Source: an uncultured Dehalococcoidales bacterium (GTDB taxonomy: Bacteria > Chloroflexota > UBA6077 > FW602-bin22). Taken from it: DNA of 64,000 nucleotides. Every line of letters begins with the position of its first letter. Position 1 is the first letter of the stretch. Location: assembly GCA_964536925.1 (NCBI GenBank), contig CAZHZF010000009.1, positions 1,724 through 65,723 of the forward strand. Direction: 5' to 3'. A program made the position numbers and the translations under genes. Below are positions 16,677-26,538 of this stretch, piece after piece. Under the pieces are notes generated by a model. That model made no database searches. It was not told the origin of the DNA and saw only the letters and a list, made by a program, of their open reading frames with translations.

Positions 16677-16802
16677 ATGCCGCTCGCCGTGGCACCGCTC
16701 CACGGGGAATTGGGCAGTCTGGATGAGGTGGCGCTCCTGGTCCTTTCGGTGCTGATCGGACTGGCATTGGCACTCATCCTTCGCCCGAGTCATAGGTCAT
16801 GA
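16677..16802 (+). CDS. Candidate 41-aa single-TM peptide (MPLAVAPLHGELGSLDEVALLVLSVLIGLALALILRPSHRS)
   Basis: It is below the track size cutoff. Its stop overlaps the ATG of the next gene (ATGA at 16799-16802). TATACT (16664-16669) lies 7 nt before its ATG. No SD. Confidence 0.3.
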   Translation: MPLAVAPLHGELGSLDEVALLVLSVLIGLALALILRPSHRS

Positions 16803-17938
16803 TCTCGCGACTCCGCGGCGGCACGCATCCTCTCATCATGGCGGTGGCGGTCTTCGCAACCTTGAACCTGAGTTGCGGGATTCCCGCGGAACCGACGCGA
16901 CCCGCGAACGTCGCTCAGGCCGCGACCGCGATCGCGCTGACTCAAGCTGCTCCGGCGACGCCGACACCGCGAGCCACGGTTGCTCCGGTCCCGACGCGCG
17001 AATTCCGCCCTCGCGTGGAGGGGCGCCTGGTCGTGGGGAGAGATACCACGATCGACGTGATCGAAGCCGGCATCAGTCGCACAGTCTTCGAGGCAGCGGC
17101 CGGCGGGAACGTCAAGGAACCGCGCTTCTCGTCGAACGGGCAGCAGGTGATCTTTGCCTACGCGCCGCCGCGCCCCGACCTCCCCGCCGATGCCCCGCTG
17201 ACGGATCAACTCATCTATTCGGACATTCTCGTAGCCGACCTGGGCAGCCGAACCCATCGCGTGGCGGTGGCGCACGACCGACCGGGTACAGTCCTCGAGA
17301 CGCCGATCTGGGCACCCGACGGCGGCTCGATCGTTTACGCGTACTACTCGCCCATGTACGAAGAGCGGCGGCTCGTCGGCCAGATCTCCGAGATCAGGCG
17401 TTCGTTTCCCGACGGCCGCACCGACACCGTCGCCCCGGACGGCCTGTATCCCGCACTGACCCCGTCCGGGTCACACCTCGTCTACGTGCACGAGTCGATG
17501 GCCGATGGGCTCAGCATCCGCGTTCGCGAACTGGCGACCGGAAGCGAGCATGTGCTCGTGGCGGCTGCGCGCTTCCAGGCCGTCAGGTCGCCCGTCGTCT
17601 CACCCGATGGCACGGTGGTTGCGTTTGGAGGCGCGGGCGCGGCCCCGGAAGCCCGTTCGATTCCACCGATCGCGCGCCTCACGTCGCTTCTGATCTCGTC
17701 CGTCGAGGCGCACGGGTTGCCGTGGGAGATCTGGACGATTCCCGTGAGCGGCGGAGCCATGCGTCAGATCACGCAGTTCTCCGAGGACTCGCCAGGCTGC
17801 GCGTGGTCGCGCGACGGGACTCATCTCCTTTGCCTGGGCGGCGGCGGGCTCTACCGGGTCCGAGCCGATGGTTCTGCCACCGAGGCCGTGCTCGACCACG
17901 GGGGGCACGGAGGCCTGGACTGGCGGTGGTTCGCCTGA
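16799..17938 (+). CDS. Lipoprotein with TolB-like (PD40/WD40-like) beta-propeller repeats
   Basis: Signal peptide plus lipobox 'LNLSC'. Repeated 'S.DG..v.fa' units: SSNGQQVIFAY, APDGGSIVYAY, TPSGSHLVYV, SPDGTVVAFGG, SRDGTHLLCLG. Confidence 0.75.
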   Translation: MISRLRGGTHPLIMAVAVFATLNLSCGIPAEPTRPANVAQAATAIALTQAAPATPTPRATVAPVPTREFRPRVEGRLVVGRDTTIDVIEAGISRTVFEAAAGGNVKEPRFSSNGQQVIFAYAPPRPDLPADAPLTDQLIYSDILVADLGSRTHRVAVAHDRPGTVLETPIWAPDGGSIVYAYYSPMYEERRLVGQISEIRRSFPDGRTDTVAPDGLYPALTPSGSHLVYVHESMADGLSIRVRELATGSEHVLVAAARFQAVRSPVVSPDGTVVAFGGAGAAPEARSIPPIARLTSLLISSVEAHGLPWEIWTIPVSGGAMRQITQFSEDSPGCAWSRDGTHLLCLGGGGLYRVRADGSATEAVLDHGGHGGLDWRWFA

Positions 17939-18933
17939 GCGGGCTCCCTCTCGGGAAGGTCCCTTCCGAAGTTCTGATCCAGCGCGCCCTCACACGGCTT
18001 GGGTTCCCACGGGGTGAGGTGATCGTCGGGCCTTCCATCGGTGTCGACGCGGCGGCGCTGACGATACCCGGCGGGATAGCCGTCGTCTCGTCCGATCCCA
18101 TCACCGGAGCCCAGCGGCGGGCCGGGTGGCTGGCGGTTCATGTGGCGTGCAACGACATCGCGGTGATGGGCGCCGAACCGGTCGGCATCCTCGCGACCAT
18201 CCTCCTGACGCAGCCGGACGCCGGCAGCGATCTCGAGCGGCTCACGCAGGATATCGACGAGGCCTGCCGGGACCTCGGAATCGCCGTGTTGGGCGGTCAC
18301 ACCGAAGTCACCGCCGCGGTCAATCAGCCTGTGCTGATGCTCACCGCGATCGGGGCCACGGATTCATCTCGCCTGATTCGGCCCGGCGCGGCCAATCCGG
18401 GCGACACGCTGTTACTCGTGCGTGCGGCCGCGATCGAGGGTACTGCCATCCTGGCTACTGAGTTTGCCGACGAGTTGATCGGTGCTCTTGGCATCGAGCA
18501 GGTCGAGTCCGCCCAGCGGTTCTGGCAAGAGATCTCCATCGTGGCATCCGCGCTCGCCGCGGCGCGCGCCGGGGCAAAAGCGATGCACGATGTCACCGAG
18601 GGCGGGGTTGTTACCGCACTTGACGAAGTCGCCAGAGCGACCGGGTTGGGTGTTCGCGTGAACGTGGAGGCGATCCCGCGGCGCGAAGTCACCGACGCGA
18701 TCTGTTCCCACTTCGGGCTGGATCCGCTGGCGCTCATCTCCAGCGGCGCGCTCCTCATCGCGACGGACCGGCCCGCCGCGATCGAGGCTGCCGTCCGCGC
18801 GACGGGCACGGCCTGCGTCGCGATCGGCGAACTCATCCGCGGGCCGAGCCGGCTTCTGACCCGCGGAAAGTCACTGGGGCTGAACCCGCCGGCGAGAGAC
18901 GAACTCTGGCGCTTATACGAGGAGCGGCTCTGA
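17926..18933 (+). CDS. AIR-synthase-related protein (PurM/ThiL/HypE superfamily)
   Basis: 'DAAAL', 'SSDPITG', '[10 protein letters not shown]', 'GGHTEV', 'MHDVTEGG'. GTG 17926 overlaps the upstream stop. Confidence 0.8.
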   Translation: MVRLSGLPLGKVPSEVLIQRALTRLGFPRGEVIVGPSIGVDAAALTIPGGIAVVSSDPITGAQRRAGWLAVHVACNDIAVMGAEPVGILATILLTQPDAGSDLERLTQDIDEACRDLGIAVLGGHTEVTAAVNQPVLMLTAIGATDSSRLIRPGAANPGDTLLLVRAAAIEGTAILATEFADELIGALGIEQVESAQRFWQEISIVASALAAARAGAKAMHDVTEGGVVTALDEVARATGLGVRVNVEAIPRREVTDAICSHFGLDPLALISSGALLIATDRPAAIEAAVRATGTACVAIGELIRGPSRLLTRGKSLGLNPPARDELWRLYEERL

Positions 18934-18946
18934 CCCGTACCTATAC

Positions 18947-20758
18947 TTGCCCGGCTCGGTGGACCAATCTCGCATCCGCAACTTCTCCATCATCGCGCAT
19001 GTCGATCATGGCAAGACCACCCTGAGCGATCGGATCCTCGAGCAGACGGGCACGATCTCCGATCGCGAAGTGGCCGACCTGGTCCTCGATTCGATGGACC
19101 TCGAGCGCGAGAAGGGCATCACGATCAAGGCGCGCGCCGTCCGGATGTTCCATCGCGGGGGCGATGGCGAGACCTACGAACTCAATCTGATCGATACCCC
19201 GGGGCACGTCGACTTCAACTACGAGGTCAGCCGGAGTCTCCAGGCGTGTGAGGGTGCATTGCTCGTCGTCGATGCCGCCCAGGGCATCGAAGCGCAGACG
19301 CTGGCGAACACCTACCTCGCGTTGGAGCACGACCTCACGATCATCCCGATCATCAACAAAATCGACCTCCCGAGCGCGAACCCCGCCACGGTCGCCGCGG
19401 AGATCGAGGAGGTCATCGGCATCGCGCGCGAGGATGTCCTGCTCGCCTCGGCGAAGGAGGGCCGCGGCGTCGCCGAGATTCTCGAGGCGGTCATCCAGCG
19501 CATCCCACCGCCACGCGGCGATCATGCCGCTCCCCTTCGCGCGCTCGTCTTCGACTCACACTACGACTCGTACCGCGGCGTGATCGCCTATGTACGCCTC
19601 GTGGACGGCGAGATTCAAGCGGGCGAGCGGATCATAGTTATGTCAACGGGCCGGACGGCGGACATCCTGGACCTCGGCGTGTTTCAGCCCGAAGGCGTGA
19701 GCGTCCCGGGTCTCGCCGCCGGGGAGGTGGGGTATGTCGCCACGGGACTGAAGAACGTCGAGGACTGTCAGGTGGGCGACACCATTACTCTGGCGCGTGC
19801 ACCCGCGGCCGCCCCGCTGCCTGGCTATCGACCAGCGAAGCCGATGGTGTTTGCCGGGGTCTATCCGGTCGAGAACAATGCGTACCCTGGCCTCCGCGAG
19901 GCCCTGCAGAAACTCAAGCTGAACGACGCCGCGCTCTCATACGAGCCGGAATCGACAGTCGCTCTCGGTTTTGGCTTTCGATGCGGGTTTCTCGGCCTTC
20001 TCCATATGGAGATCGTCCAGGAGCGGTTGGAGCGCGAGTTCGATCTCGAACTGCTGATCACCTCGCCCAGCGTCGAGTACCGCGCTGTTCTCCGGAGCGG
20101 CGAGGAACGGGTGGTCGACAATCCCGCCCAGATGCCGGATCCCGGCGTGCTTGAGGCGATCCTGGAACCGTGGATGCGCATCAGCATCGTGAGTCCAACC
20201 CGCTACATCGGCGCGATCATGGAACTCGTGACGACACGGCGCGGGTCGTTCGACCGTATGGACTACCTCGACGAACAGCGCGTGCTCCTCCAGTATCGGA
20301 TCCCCCTCAGCGAGATCCTGGTCGAGTTCTACGACCAGTTGAAGACACGCACGCAGGGGTACGCATCGCTCGACTACTCCTTCGACCGGTACGAGCAGGC
20401 AGATCTCGTTAAGCTCGACATTCTGGTGAATGCGCAACCCGTCGATGCCCTCTCGGTGATTACCCACCGCGATAACGCCTACGATCGAGGCCGCGATCTC
20501 GCGGAGCGGCTGCGCAAGCTCATCCCGCGGCAGATGTTCGAGGTTCCGATACAGGCATCGATCGGCAGCAAGATCATCGCCCGTGAGACGATCCCGGCGA
20601 TGCGCAAGAACGTACTCGCGAAATGCTACGGCGGGGACATCACGCGGAAGCGAAAGCTTCTCGAGCGCCAGGCCGAGGGCAAGAAGCGTATGAAGCGCGT
20701 CGGGAACGTGGAGATTCCCCAGGAGGCGTTCATGGCCGTCCTGAATATGGGCGATTAG
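18947..20758 (+). CDS. lepA: Translation elongation factor 4
   Basis: '[20 protein letters not shown]', 'DTPGHVDF', 'NKID', C-terminal '[32 protein letters not shown]'. Start is TTG 18947 or GTG 18959. Confidence 0.95.
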   Translation: MPGSVDQSRIRNFSIIAHVDHGKTTLSDRILEQTGTISDREVADLVLDSMDLEREKGITIKARAVRMFHRGGDGETYELNLIDTPGHVDFNYEVSRSLQACEGALLVVDAAQGIEAQTLANTYLALEHDLTIIPIINKIDLPSANPATVAAEIEEVIGIAREDVLLASAKEGRGVAEILEAVIQRIPPPRGDHAAPLRALVFDSHYDSYRGVIAYVRLVDGEIQAGERIIVMSTGRTADILDLGVFQPEGVSVPGLAAGEVGYVATGLKNVEDCQVGDTITLARAPAAAPLPGYRPAKPMVFAGVYPVENNAYPGLREALQKLKLNDAALSYEPESTVALGFGFRCGFLGLLHMEIVQERLEREFDLELLITSPSVEYRAVLRSGEERVVDNPAQMPDPGVLEAILEPWMRISIVSPTRYIGAIMELVTTRRGSFDRMDYLDEQRVLLQYRIPLSEILVEFYDQLKTRTQGYASLDYSFDRYEQADLVKLDILVNAQPVDALSVITHRDNAYDRGRDLAERLRKLIPRQMFEVPIQASIGSKIIARETIPAMRKNVLAKCYGGDITRKRKLLERQAEGKKRMKRVGNVEIPQEAFMAVLNMGD

Positions 20759-21690
20759 GTCGTCGAGGCCGCCACGCGATCGCGTCGCCGCCAGAAGGCG
20801 AGCCTTGCGAGTTCTCCCTTCTCCCACGAGACGAGAAGGGCCGCGGCATTGAAAACCGAGGAGTACGTGCCGCTGATCATGCCGACGAGCAGCGTCAGGG
20901 CGAAGAGCCTGGTCGTGACGCCACCAAAGATGATGAGAGCGAGCAGGGTGAACGCCACCGTCAACGACGTCGTCAGCGATCGTCCGATCGTCTGCATGAT
21001 GCTGTGGTTCGCAACGACGTCGAAGGGAAGACTGTTGTAGCGTCGAACATTCTCGCGAATCCGGTCGAACACGACGATCGTATCGTGGACCGAAAAGCCG
21101 ATGACGGTAAGCATTGCGGTCACAAAAAGAGAGTCCACTTCGACGAAAAGCAGCTTACCGAGGATCGAGAACATGCCGAGCACGAGTAACGCATCGTGCA
21201 GGAGGGCAATGATCGCGCATACGCCATAGCGGACCGGGTGTTCCACGTGGCGAAACGCCCACGCGACGAACAGCAGGATCGCGACTGACGCGAGACCCAC
21301 CGCGGCGAGCGCTCGGGCCGCGATCTCCTGACTGACAATCGGGCCTACGGTCTCGAAGCGCAATTCCTCGAACGGACCGAATCGCTCGGCCAGCCGCGAC
21401 GCGATCGCCACCTTCTCATCCCCGTCGGCGCGGATCTCCTTCGCCCGGATGAGGACGCCCCGATCGCCCGTCGTTTGCACGATCGCGTCGCCGTACTCGA
21501 ATTCTCCGAGGACTTCCCTGACCTCCCCGGGCGCGACCGCCTGTGCGAACCGCACCTCCCACAACGTCCCACCGGTGAAGTCCACCGCGAGGCGCAGACC
21601 AGGCGGAATCAGAAGCGAGATCGCCCCGGGCAGGATCAGCACGAGCGAGATGATGTAGAAGAGGTGCCGCTTTCCGACGATGTCGATCAT
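20755..21690 (-). CDS. secF: Protein translocase subunit SecF
   Basis: '[18 protein letters not shown]', 'DFTGG', '[14 protein letters not shown]'. ATG 21690 overlaps the secD stop (ATGA). Confidence 0.9.
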   Translation of the reverse strand: MIDIVGKRHLFYIISLVLILPGAISLLIPPGLRLAVDFTGGTLWEVRFAQAVAPGEVREVLGEFEYGDAIVQTTGDRGVLIRAKEIRADGDEKVAIASRLAERFGPFEELRFETVGPIVSQEIAARALAAVGLASVAILLFVAWAFRHVEHPVRYGVCAIIALLHDALLVLGMFSILGKLLFVEVDSLFVTAMLTVIGFSVHDTIVVFDRIRENVRRYNSLPFDVVANHSIMQTIGRSLTTSLTVAFTLLALIIFGGVTTRLFALTLLVGMISGTYSSVFNAAALLVSWEKGELARLAFWRRRDRVAASTT

Positions 21691-23066
21691 GCCCGTGCCT
21701 CGGCCGCCACGAGCCCGAGCGTTCCTTCGCGCGGCAGGATCCGCAGTTGCTGGAGCACGAGCAAAAGCGTCCGTGTGACCGTGATAGCGGTGAACATCGA
21801 GATGACGACGCCGACGCCGAGGGTGAGTGCGAAGCCCTGAATAATGCTCGCGCCAAAGGTCGCGCCGAACCAGTACAGGATGGCGCAGGTGATGAGCGTG
21901 GAGATGTTGGAGTCGCGGATCGATGTCCAAGCTCGTGCAAATCCCGCGTCGATCGCAGCGGCGAGAGTCCTCCCCGAGCGCAGTTCCTCTTTCATCCGCT
22001 CGAAGATCAGGATGTTGGCGTCGACCGCCATACCGATCGAGAGGATGAACCCCGAGATGCCCGCAAGCGTCAGGACGACGGGAATGAGCTTGAAGAACGC
22101 CATCGTGATGATCGCGTAGATGATCAGCGCCAGAGTCGCCAGGACACCGTAGGCCCGGTAGTACAGGATCATGAATCCGGCGACGAGTCCGAGACCGACG
22201 GCCCCGGCGATCAGACTCTTCTGGACGGAGTCCTGGCCCAGGGTCGGACCGACGGTCCGATTCTGGACGACCGTCAGGGGCACGGGCAGCGCACCGTACT
22301 TCAGCTGCGCCACGATGCTCTGGGCTTCCTCGAGCGGGAAGCCCCGTGGGCCTCCACCGGTGATGGTGCCCTGACCGCCGACGATGGGGCTCTGGATCAC
22401 CGGCGACGAGATCACCCGCTTGTCGAGCACGATCGCGAGGTAGCGTCCGACATTCGCGGTCGTGAACGCGCCGAACAACTCGGCACCCTCGCTCCCCATC
22501 GAGAAGACGATCACCCGGCGGTTCAGTTCATCCGAGCTCACCCACGCCGAGACGAGGTGCCGCCCCTGGATAACCGTGGGAAAGACGCGGTCCGGAAGGG
22601 CCACCGCGGCGTCGGCCGGGGGATCCCCCAGTGAGGTCCGGACGTATTCGCCAGGGGCCAGAGGCGTGGTCGCGGCGTCGATGAATTCCAGAAGTCCCGT
22701 GTTCCCGAAGGTACGAATCGCCTGGTCGGGGTCGTCGACACCGGGGATCTCCACGAGGATGCGGTTGTTCTGGACGGCCTGTATCACCGGCTCAGAGACG
22801 CCGAGCGCGTTGACGCGGTTCTCGATGATGCGCTGTGCCGCGGCCATCGCATCGGGATCCAGTTGCTGCCCGATCGGGACGCGCGCCTCGAGCAGCACCT
22901 GGATGCCGCCGCGCAGATCGAGCCCCTCGCGGAGCCTGATGTCGCGCTGCGCCGGTACACCGATGAATGAAAGGTCAATCACTTCTGCGCCGGGGCGGGC
23001 GACCGCGCTGGCGGCGATCGTGACCATGAGAACGAGGGCGATCCGACGCCAGAGGTTACCTCGCAT
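21687..23066 (-). CDS. secD: Protein translocase subunit SecD
   Basis: 'GLDLRGG', 'LGPTLGQDS', 'GISGFILSIGMAVDANILIFER'. Confidence 0.9.
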   Translation of the reverse strand: MRGNLWRRIALVLMVTIAASAVARPGAEVIDLSFIGVPAQRDIRLREGLDLRGGIQVLLEARVPIGQQLDPDAMAAAQRIIENRVNALGVSEPVIQAVQNNRILVEIPGVDDPDQAIRTFGNTGLLEFIDAATTPLAPGEYVRTSLGDPPADAAVALPDRVFPTVIQGRHLVSAWVSSDELNRRVIVFSMGSEGAELFGAFTTANVGRYLAIVLDKRVISSPVIQSPIVGGQGTITGGGPRGFPLEEAQSIVAQLKYGALPVPLTVVQNRTVGPTLGQDSVQKSLIAGAVGLGLVAGFMILYYRAYGVLATLALIIYAIITMAFFKLIPVVLTLAGISGFILSIGMAVDANILIFERMKEELRSGRTLAAAIDAGFARAWTSIRDSNISTLITCAILYWFGATFGASIIQGFALTLGVGVVISMFTAITVTRTLLLVLQQLRILPREGTLGLVAAEARA

Positions 23067-23979
23067 CGGCCTTGTCTCTCACCCAGCGTTCCCGGACAAG
23101 GCTGTGGCGGAATCCACCACCTTCGTGGGCACCGTCGGGGTAAGCATGGAGTTCCACGGGCCCTGCCAGACGCTTCCGCAACGCATAGGCGGTGTGCGGA
23201 GGACAGATGTCGTCGTTGAGCCCCACGCTCATCAGGACGGGGCAGGTGACCCGCGCCGCGAAGTTGATCGTATCGAAATGATCGAGACAGCTCAGCACGC
23301 GCTCACGGGCCCCGGGCTGGACGCGTAGGTAGTCCCGCACCTCCTCGTACGGGTACGAACTCCCCAACGCCAGCGCATCGCGCATCGCCGTGAGATAGGG
23401 GACATCGGCCGAGGCCGCGCGCACGGCCACCGGTCCCGCCGCACCCACGATCGCGAGTCCTCCCCCCTGGCTCCCGCCCAGGGTGACGATCCGCTCGGGA
23501 TCCACTCCGGGCAGACTCACGAGGATCTCGAGGGCGCGCCACACGTCGCAGTAGACCCCACGGTAGGCGTACTCGCGCGGGTCCTCGAGCCCCGCTGTCA
23601 TCAGGCCGGGGAATCCCGGGGCGTACATCTGATCGCTCATGTGGTGTCCCCGGGGACTGATCTGGAGCGCCACAAAGCCAGCTCGCGCCCATGCCCGAGG
23701 GACCGCCGGAGCACCGCTGTATCCCGGGAAGATCGCGAGCCCGGGCAGAGCCCCCGCGATCCGCGGGCGTGCCTCCCAGCCGAAGATCTCCACGCCGCCA
23801 AGACTGCGGTAATAGACCTCGAAGACATCTACCTCGTCAGTCGACCGTAGCGTCGATCGCTCGCGGATCAAACCCACGGGGACTCTGGCCAGATCCCGAC
23901 GGGTCTGAGTCCAGAACTCCTCGAATCCAGCGGGCATCGTGGTGGAGTCGACGAAGGCTTCGAGAGCGCTCGAGATCAT
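23056..23979 (-). CDS. Acetyl xylan esterase / cephalosporin-C deacetylase family (AXE1)
   Basis: 'FEEFW', 'GGSQGGGLA' (GxSxG) and the C-terminal 'H' catalytic region. Its start overlaps the sucD stop. Confidence 0.8.
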   Translation of the reverse strand: MISSALEAFVDSTTMPAGFEEFWTQTRRDLARVPVGLIRERSTLRSTDEVDVFEVYYRSLGGVEIFGWEARPRIAGALPGLAIFPGYSGAPAVPRAWARAGFVALQISPRGHHMSDQMYAPGFPGLMTAGLEDPREYAYRGVYCDVWRALEILVSLPGVDPERIVTLGGSQGGGLAIVGAAGPVAVRAASADVPYLTAMRDALALGSSYPYEEVRDYLRVQPGARERVLSCLDHFDTINFAARVTCPVLMSVGLNDDICPPHTAYALRKRLAGPVELHAYPDGAHEGGGFRHSLVRERWVRDKADAR

Positions 23980-24848
23980 GCCAGGTTACGGCGGGCGACG
24001 ATCTCCGCGACCTGCACTGGACCGGGGGCGACCTCGATGCCGGCCTGCTCGAGCGCCTGAACCTTCCCTTGTGCGGACCCTGTCCCGCCGGTGATGATCG
24101 CGCCGGCGTGCCCCATTCGGCGACCGGGGGGCGCGGTGAGACCGGCGATGAACCCCACGATCGGCTTTGTCACCGCCGTCCGCGCATACTCCGCGGCCGC
24201 CTCTTCGTCCGTGCCGCCGATCTCGCCGACAAGCACGATCGCACGGGTCTCCGGATCGGCCTCGAACAGGGTCAGGCAGTCGATGAAACTCGTCCCATTG
24301 ATCGGGTCACCACCGATTCCGACGACAGTCGACTGACCGATTCCTCGTTGAGTGAGCGCGCCGACGATCTCGTAGGTCAGCGTGCCACTGCGGGAGACGA
24401 TCCCGATACCGCCGGGCCGATGGATCTGGCCCGACATGATGCCCACCTTAGCCTTACCCGGAGAGATCAGGCCCGGGCAATTTGGGCCGATCAGACGGGC
24501 GCCGCGGGAGCGCACGTGGGGAACGACACGCACCATGTCGAGGATCGGTATCCCCTCGGTGATGCAGACGATCAGCGCGATCCCGTTGTCCGCCGCCTCG
24601 AGGATCGCGTCCGCCGCGAACGGCGCGGGGACGTAGATGATGCTCGCATTCGCGGCCGTGGCGGCGACCGCCGCGCGCATCGTGTCGAACACCGGCACCC
24701 CGGCAACCGCTTGACCACCTCGGCCCGGCGTGACACCGCCAACCACGTTTGTGCCGTACTCGACCATCTGGCGGGCGTGAAACTCGCCCTCACGCCCGGT
24801 GATTCCCTGGACGATGAGACGCGTGGATCGATCGACAAGGATGCTCAC
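23976..24848 (-). CDS. sucD: Succinyl-CoA synthetase alpha subunit
   Basis: 'GITGREG', '[11 protein letters not shown]', 'SRSGTLTYE', 'MGHAGAI'. Confidence 0.95.
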   Translation of the reverse strand: MSILVDRSTRLIVQGITGREGEFHARQMVEYGTNVVGGVTPGRGGQAVAGVPVFDTMRAAVAATAANASIIYVPAPFAADAILEAADNGIALIVCITEGIPILDMVRVVPHVRSRGARLIGPNCPGLISPGKAKVGIMSGQIHRPGGIGIVSRSGTLTYEIVGALTQRGIGQSTVVGIGGDPINGTSFIDCLTLFEADPETRAIVLVGEIGGTDEEAAAEYARTAVTKPIVGFIAGLTAPPGRRMGHAGAIITGGTGSAQGKVQALEQAGIEVAPGPVQVAEIVARRNLA

Positions 24849-25981
24849 GGCCGGTTCGCCAGGCGCACGGCCGCCTCCGCGGCCGCGAGCATCGTCGTTT
24901 GCGCCTCGATTCCCGCCGCGGCCAGGAGCGCCCGGCCCTCGGCCTCGTTCGTGCCCACAAGCCGTACGACCATGGGTACCGACACATCCACCTCATCGCG
25001 AGCCTGAAGGATCCCGCGCGCGACCTCATCGCACCGCGTGATCCCGCCAAAGATGTTGATCAGAATCGATCGGACGTTTGGGTCAGACAGGATGATCCGC
25101 AGCGCGGCCGCGACCCGCTCCGAACGCGCCCCACCTGCGACGTCCATGAAATTCGCCGGAGATGAGCCGGCAAGCTTTACCGCATCCATGGTCGCCATCG
25201 CCAGACCGGCGCCGTTGACGATGCAGCCCACCGCACCATCGAGTCGAACGAAGTTGATTCCTTCCGACCGAGCCTGCTGCTCGAACGGATCCTCGGCCTC
25301 GAGATCGCGCATCGCCTCCAGGTCGGGATGACGATACAGGGCGTTGTCATCGACTGTCAGTTTGGCGTCGAGCGCGATGAACTGATCGCTCCCATCGATG
25401 ACGAGGGGATTGATCTCACAGAGAGACGCATCTGTCTCGAGGACCGTACGGAAGAGACCGCTAACGATCGGAACGAACCGTCGGACTGACCCGACATCGA
25501 AGCCAAGCTGGAATCCGAGGTCACGAGCCTGGTAGTCTGCGATGCCGAGGAACGGATCCGCGGTCATCCGGACGATTCGCTCGGGGGTGCGCGCGGCCAC
25601 CTCTTCGATGTCCATCCCGCCCTCGGCCGACGCCATGACCGTCAACCCGCGCTGCGCCCGGTCGAGGATACAGCCGAGATAGATCTCGCGCCTTATGTCG
25701 ATCGCGGGCACGACGAGCACCCGCCGGACTAGGAGGCCGCGGATCGACATGCCCAGAATCGCGTGGGCGGCAGCCTGCGCCTCCGCCGGGCTGGCGGCAA
25801 GCTTTACCCCACCGGCTTTCCCGCGCCCGCCGGTCAGGACTTGCGCCTTCACGACCACGCGGCCGCCGATCCGCGCCGCGGCGTCGCCGGCCTCCTCAAC
25901 CGTCGTGCAAACGAAACCCTCGGTGATCGGAACGCCACGCGCGGCCAGAAGTCCCCGAGCCTGGTACTCGTGAAGATTCAT
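24845..25981 (-). CDS. sucC: Succinyl-CoA synthetase beta subunit
   Basis: '[12 protein letters not shown]', '[10 protein letters not shown]', '[10 protein letters not shown]'. Confidence 0.95.
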   Translation of the reverse strand: MNLHEYQARGLLAARGVPITEGFVCTTVEEAGDAAARIGGRVVVKAQVLTGGRGKAGGVKLAASPAEAQAAAHAILGMSIRGLLVRRVLVVPAIDIRREIYLGCILDRAQRGLTVMASAEGGMDIEEVAARTPERIVRMTADPFLGIADYQARDLGFQLGFDVGSVRRFVPIVSGLFRTVLETDASLCEINPLVIDGSDQFIALDAKLTVDDNALYRHPDLEAMRDLEAEDPFEQQARSEGINFVRLDGAVGCIVNGAGLAMATMDAVKLAGSSPANFMDVAGGARSERVAAALRIILSDPNVRSILINIFGGITRCDEVARGILQARDEVDVSVPMVVRLVGTNEAEGRALLAAAGIEAQTTMLAAAEAAVRLANRP

Positions 25982-26009
25982 CGCCGGTTACCGCGGTCGT
26001 CCACGCGCC

Positions 26010-26528
26010 TCAGGCCGCGCCCGCCGCATCGTCGCCCGTCCGTTCGAGCCGTCGCAGTTGATCGGGGCTCTCGAGCCGGTCGACGAACAGAACGCCGTCC
26101 AGGTGGTCGATCTCGTGCTGAAGCGCCTGCCCGAGGAGACCGTCACCGCGCATACGGAACTCACGCCAGCGTCGATCCCGCGCCTTGACCGTGACGGCCC
26201 AGTTCCGCCGGACGTTGGCCACGTATCCGGGGATCGAGAGGCACCCTTCGTCTGGTTCCCACTCGCCCGTCGACTTCACGATTTCCGGGTTGATCAGGGC
26301 GATGTCCTGACCCGCCGCTGGATCGTCGTAGTCCTCCGGGATGCGCACCACGGTGACGCGCAGGGGAACACCGATCTGCGGCGCGGCGAGACCAACCCCG
26401 CGCGCGTGCTCCATCGTCTCGAAGAGATCGTCGATGAGCCGATGGAGCCCGGTGTCGCGCGAGCCCACGCGTTTGCACTTCACCCGCAAGCGCTCGTCCG
26501 GGTGGAGCAGGATCTCCCGAAGCGCCAT
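26010..26528 (-). CDS. def: Peptide deformylase
   Basis: 'GVGLAAPQIG', 'EGCLSIPG', 'QHEIDHLDG'. ATG 26528 gives 172 aa; the track start at 26654 overlaps priA. Confidence 0.9.
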   Translation of the reverse strand: MALREILLHPDERLRVKCKRVGSRDTGLHRLIDDLFETMEHARGVGLAAPQIGVPLRVTVVRIPEDYDDPAAGQDIALINPEIVKSTGEWEPDEGCLSIPGYVANVRRNWAVTVKARDRRWREFRMRGDGLLGQALQHEIDHLDGVLFVDRLESPDQLRRLERTGDDAAGAA

Positions 26529-26538
26529 GCGGCGAGCA

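Noticed and set aside
18942-18947. TATACT immediately before lepA as a -10 element for a leaderless transcript
   Set aside because: There is no -35 element. The hexamer overlaps the TTG start candidate and lies 8 nt after the upstream stop. The evidence is too weak to call.
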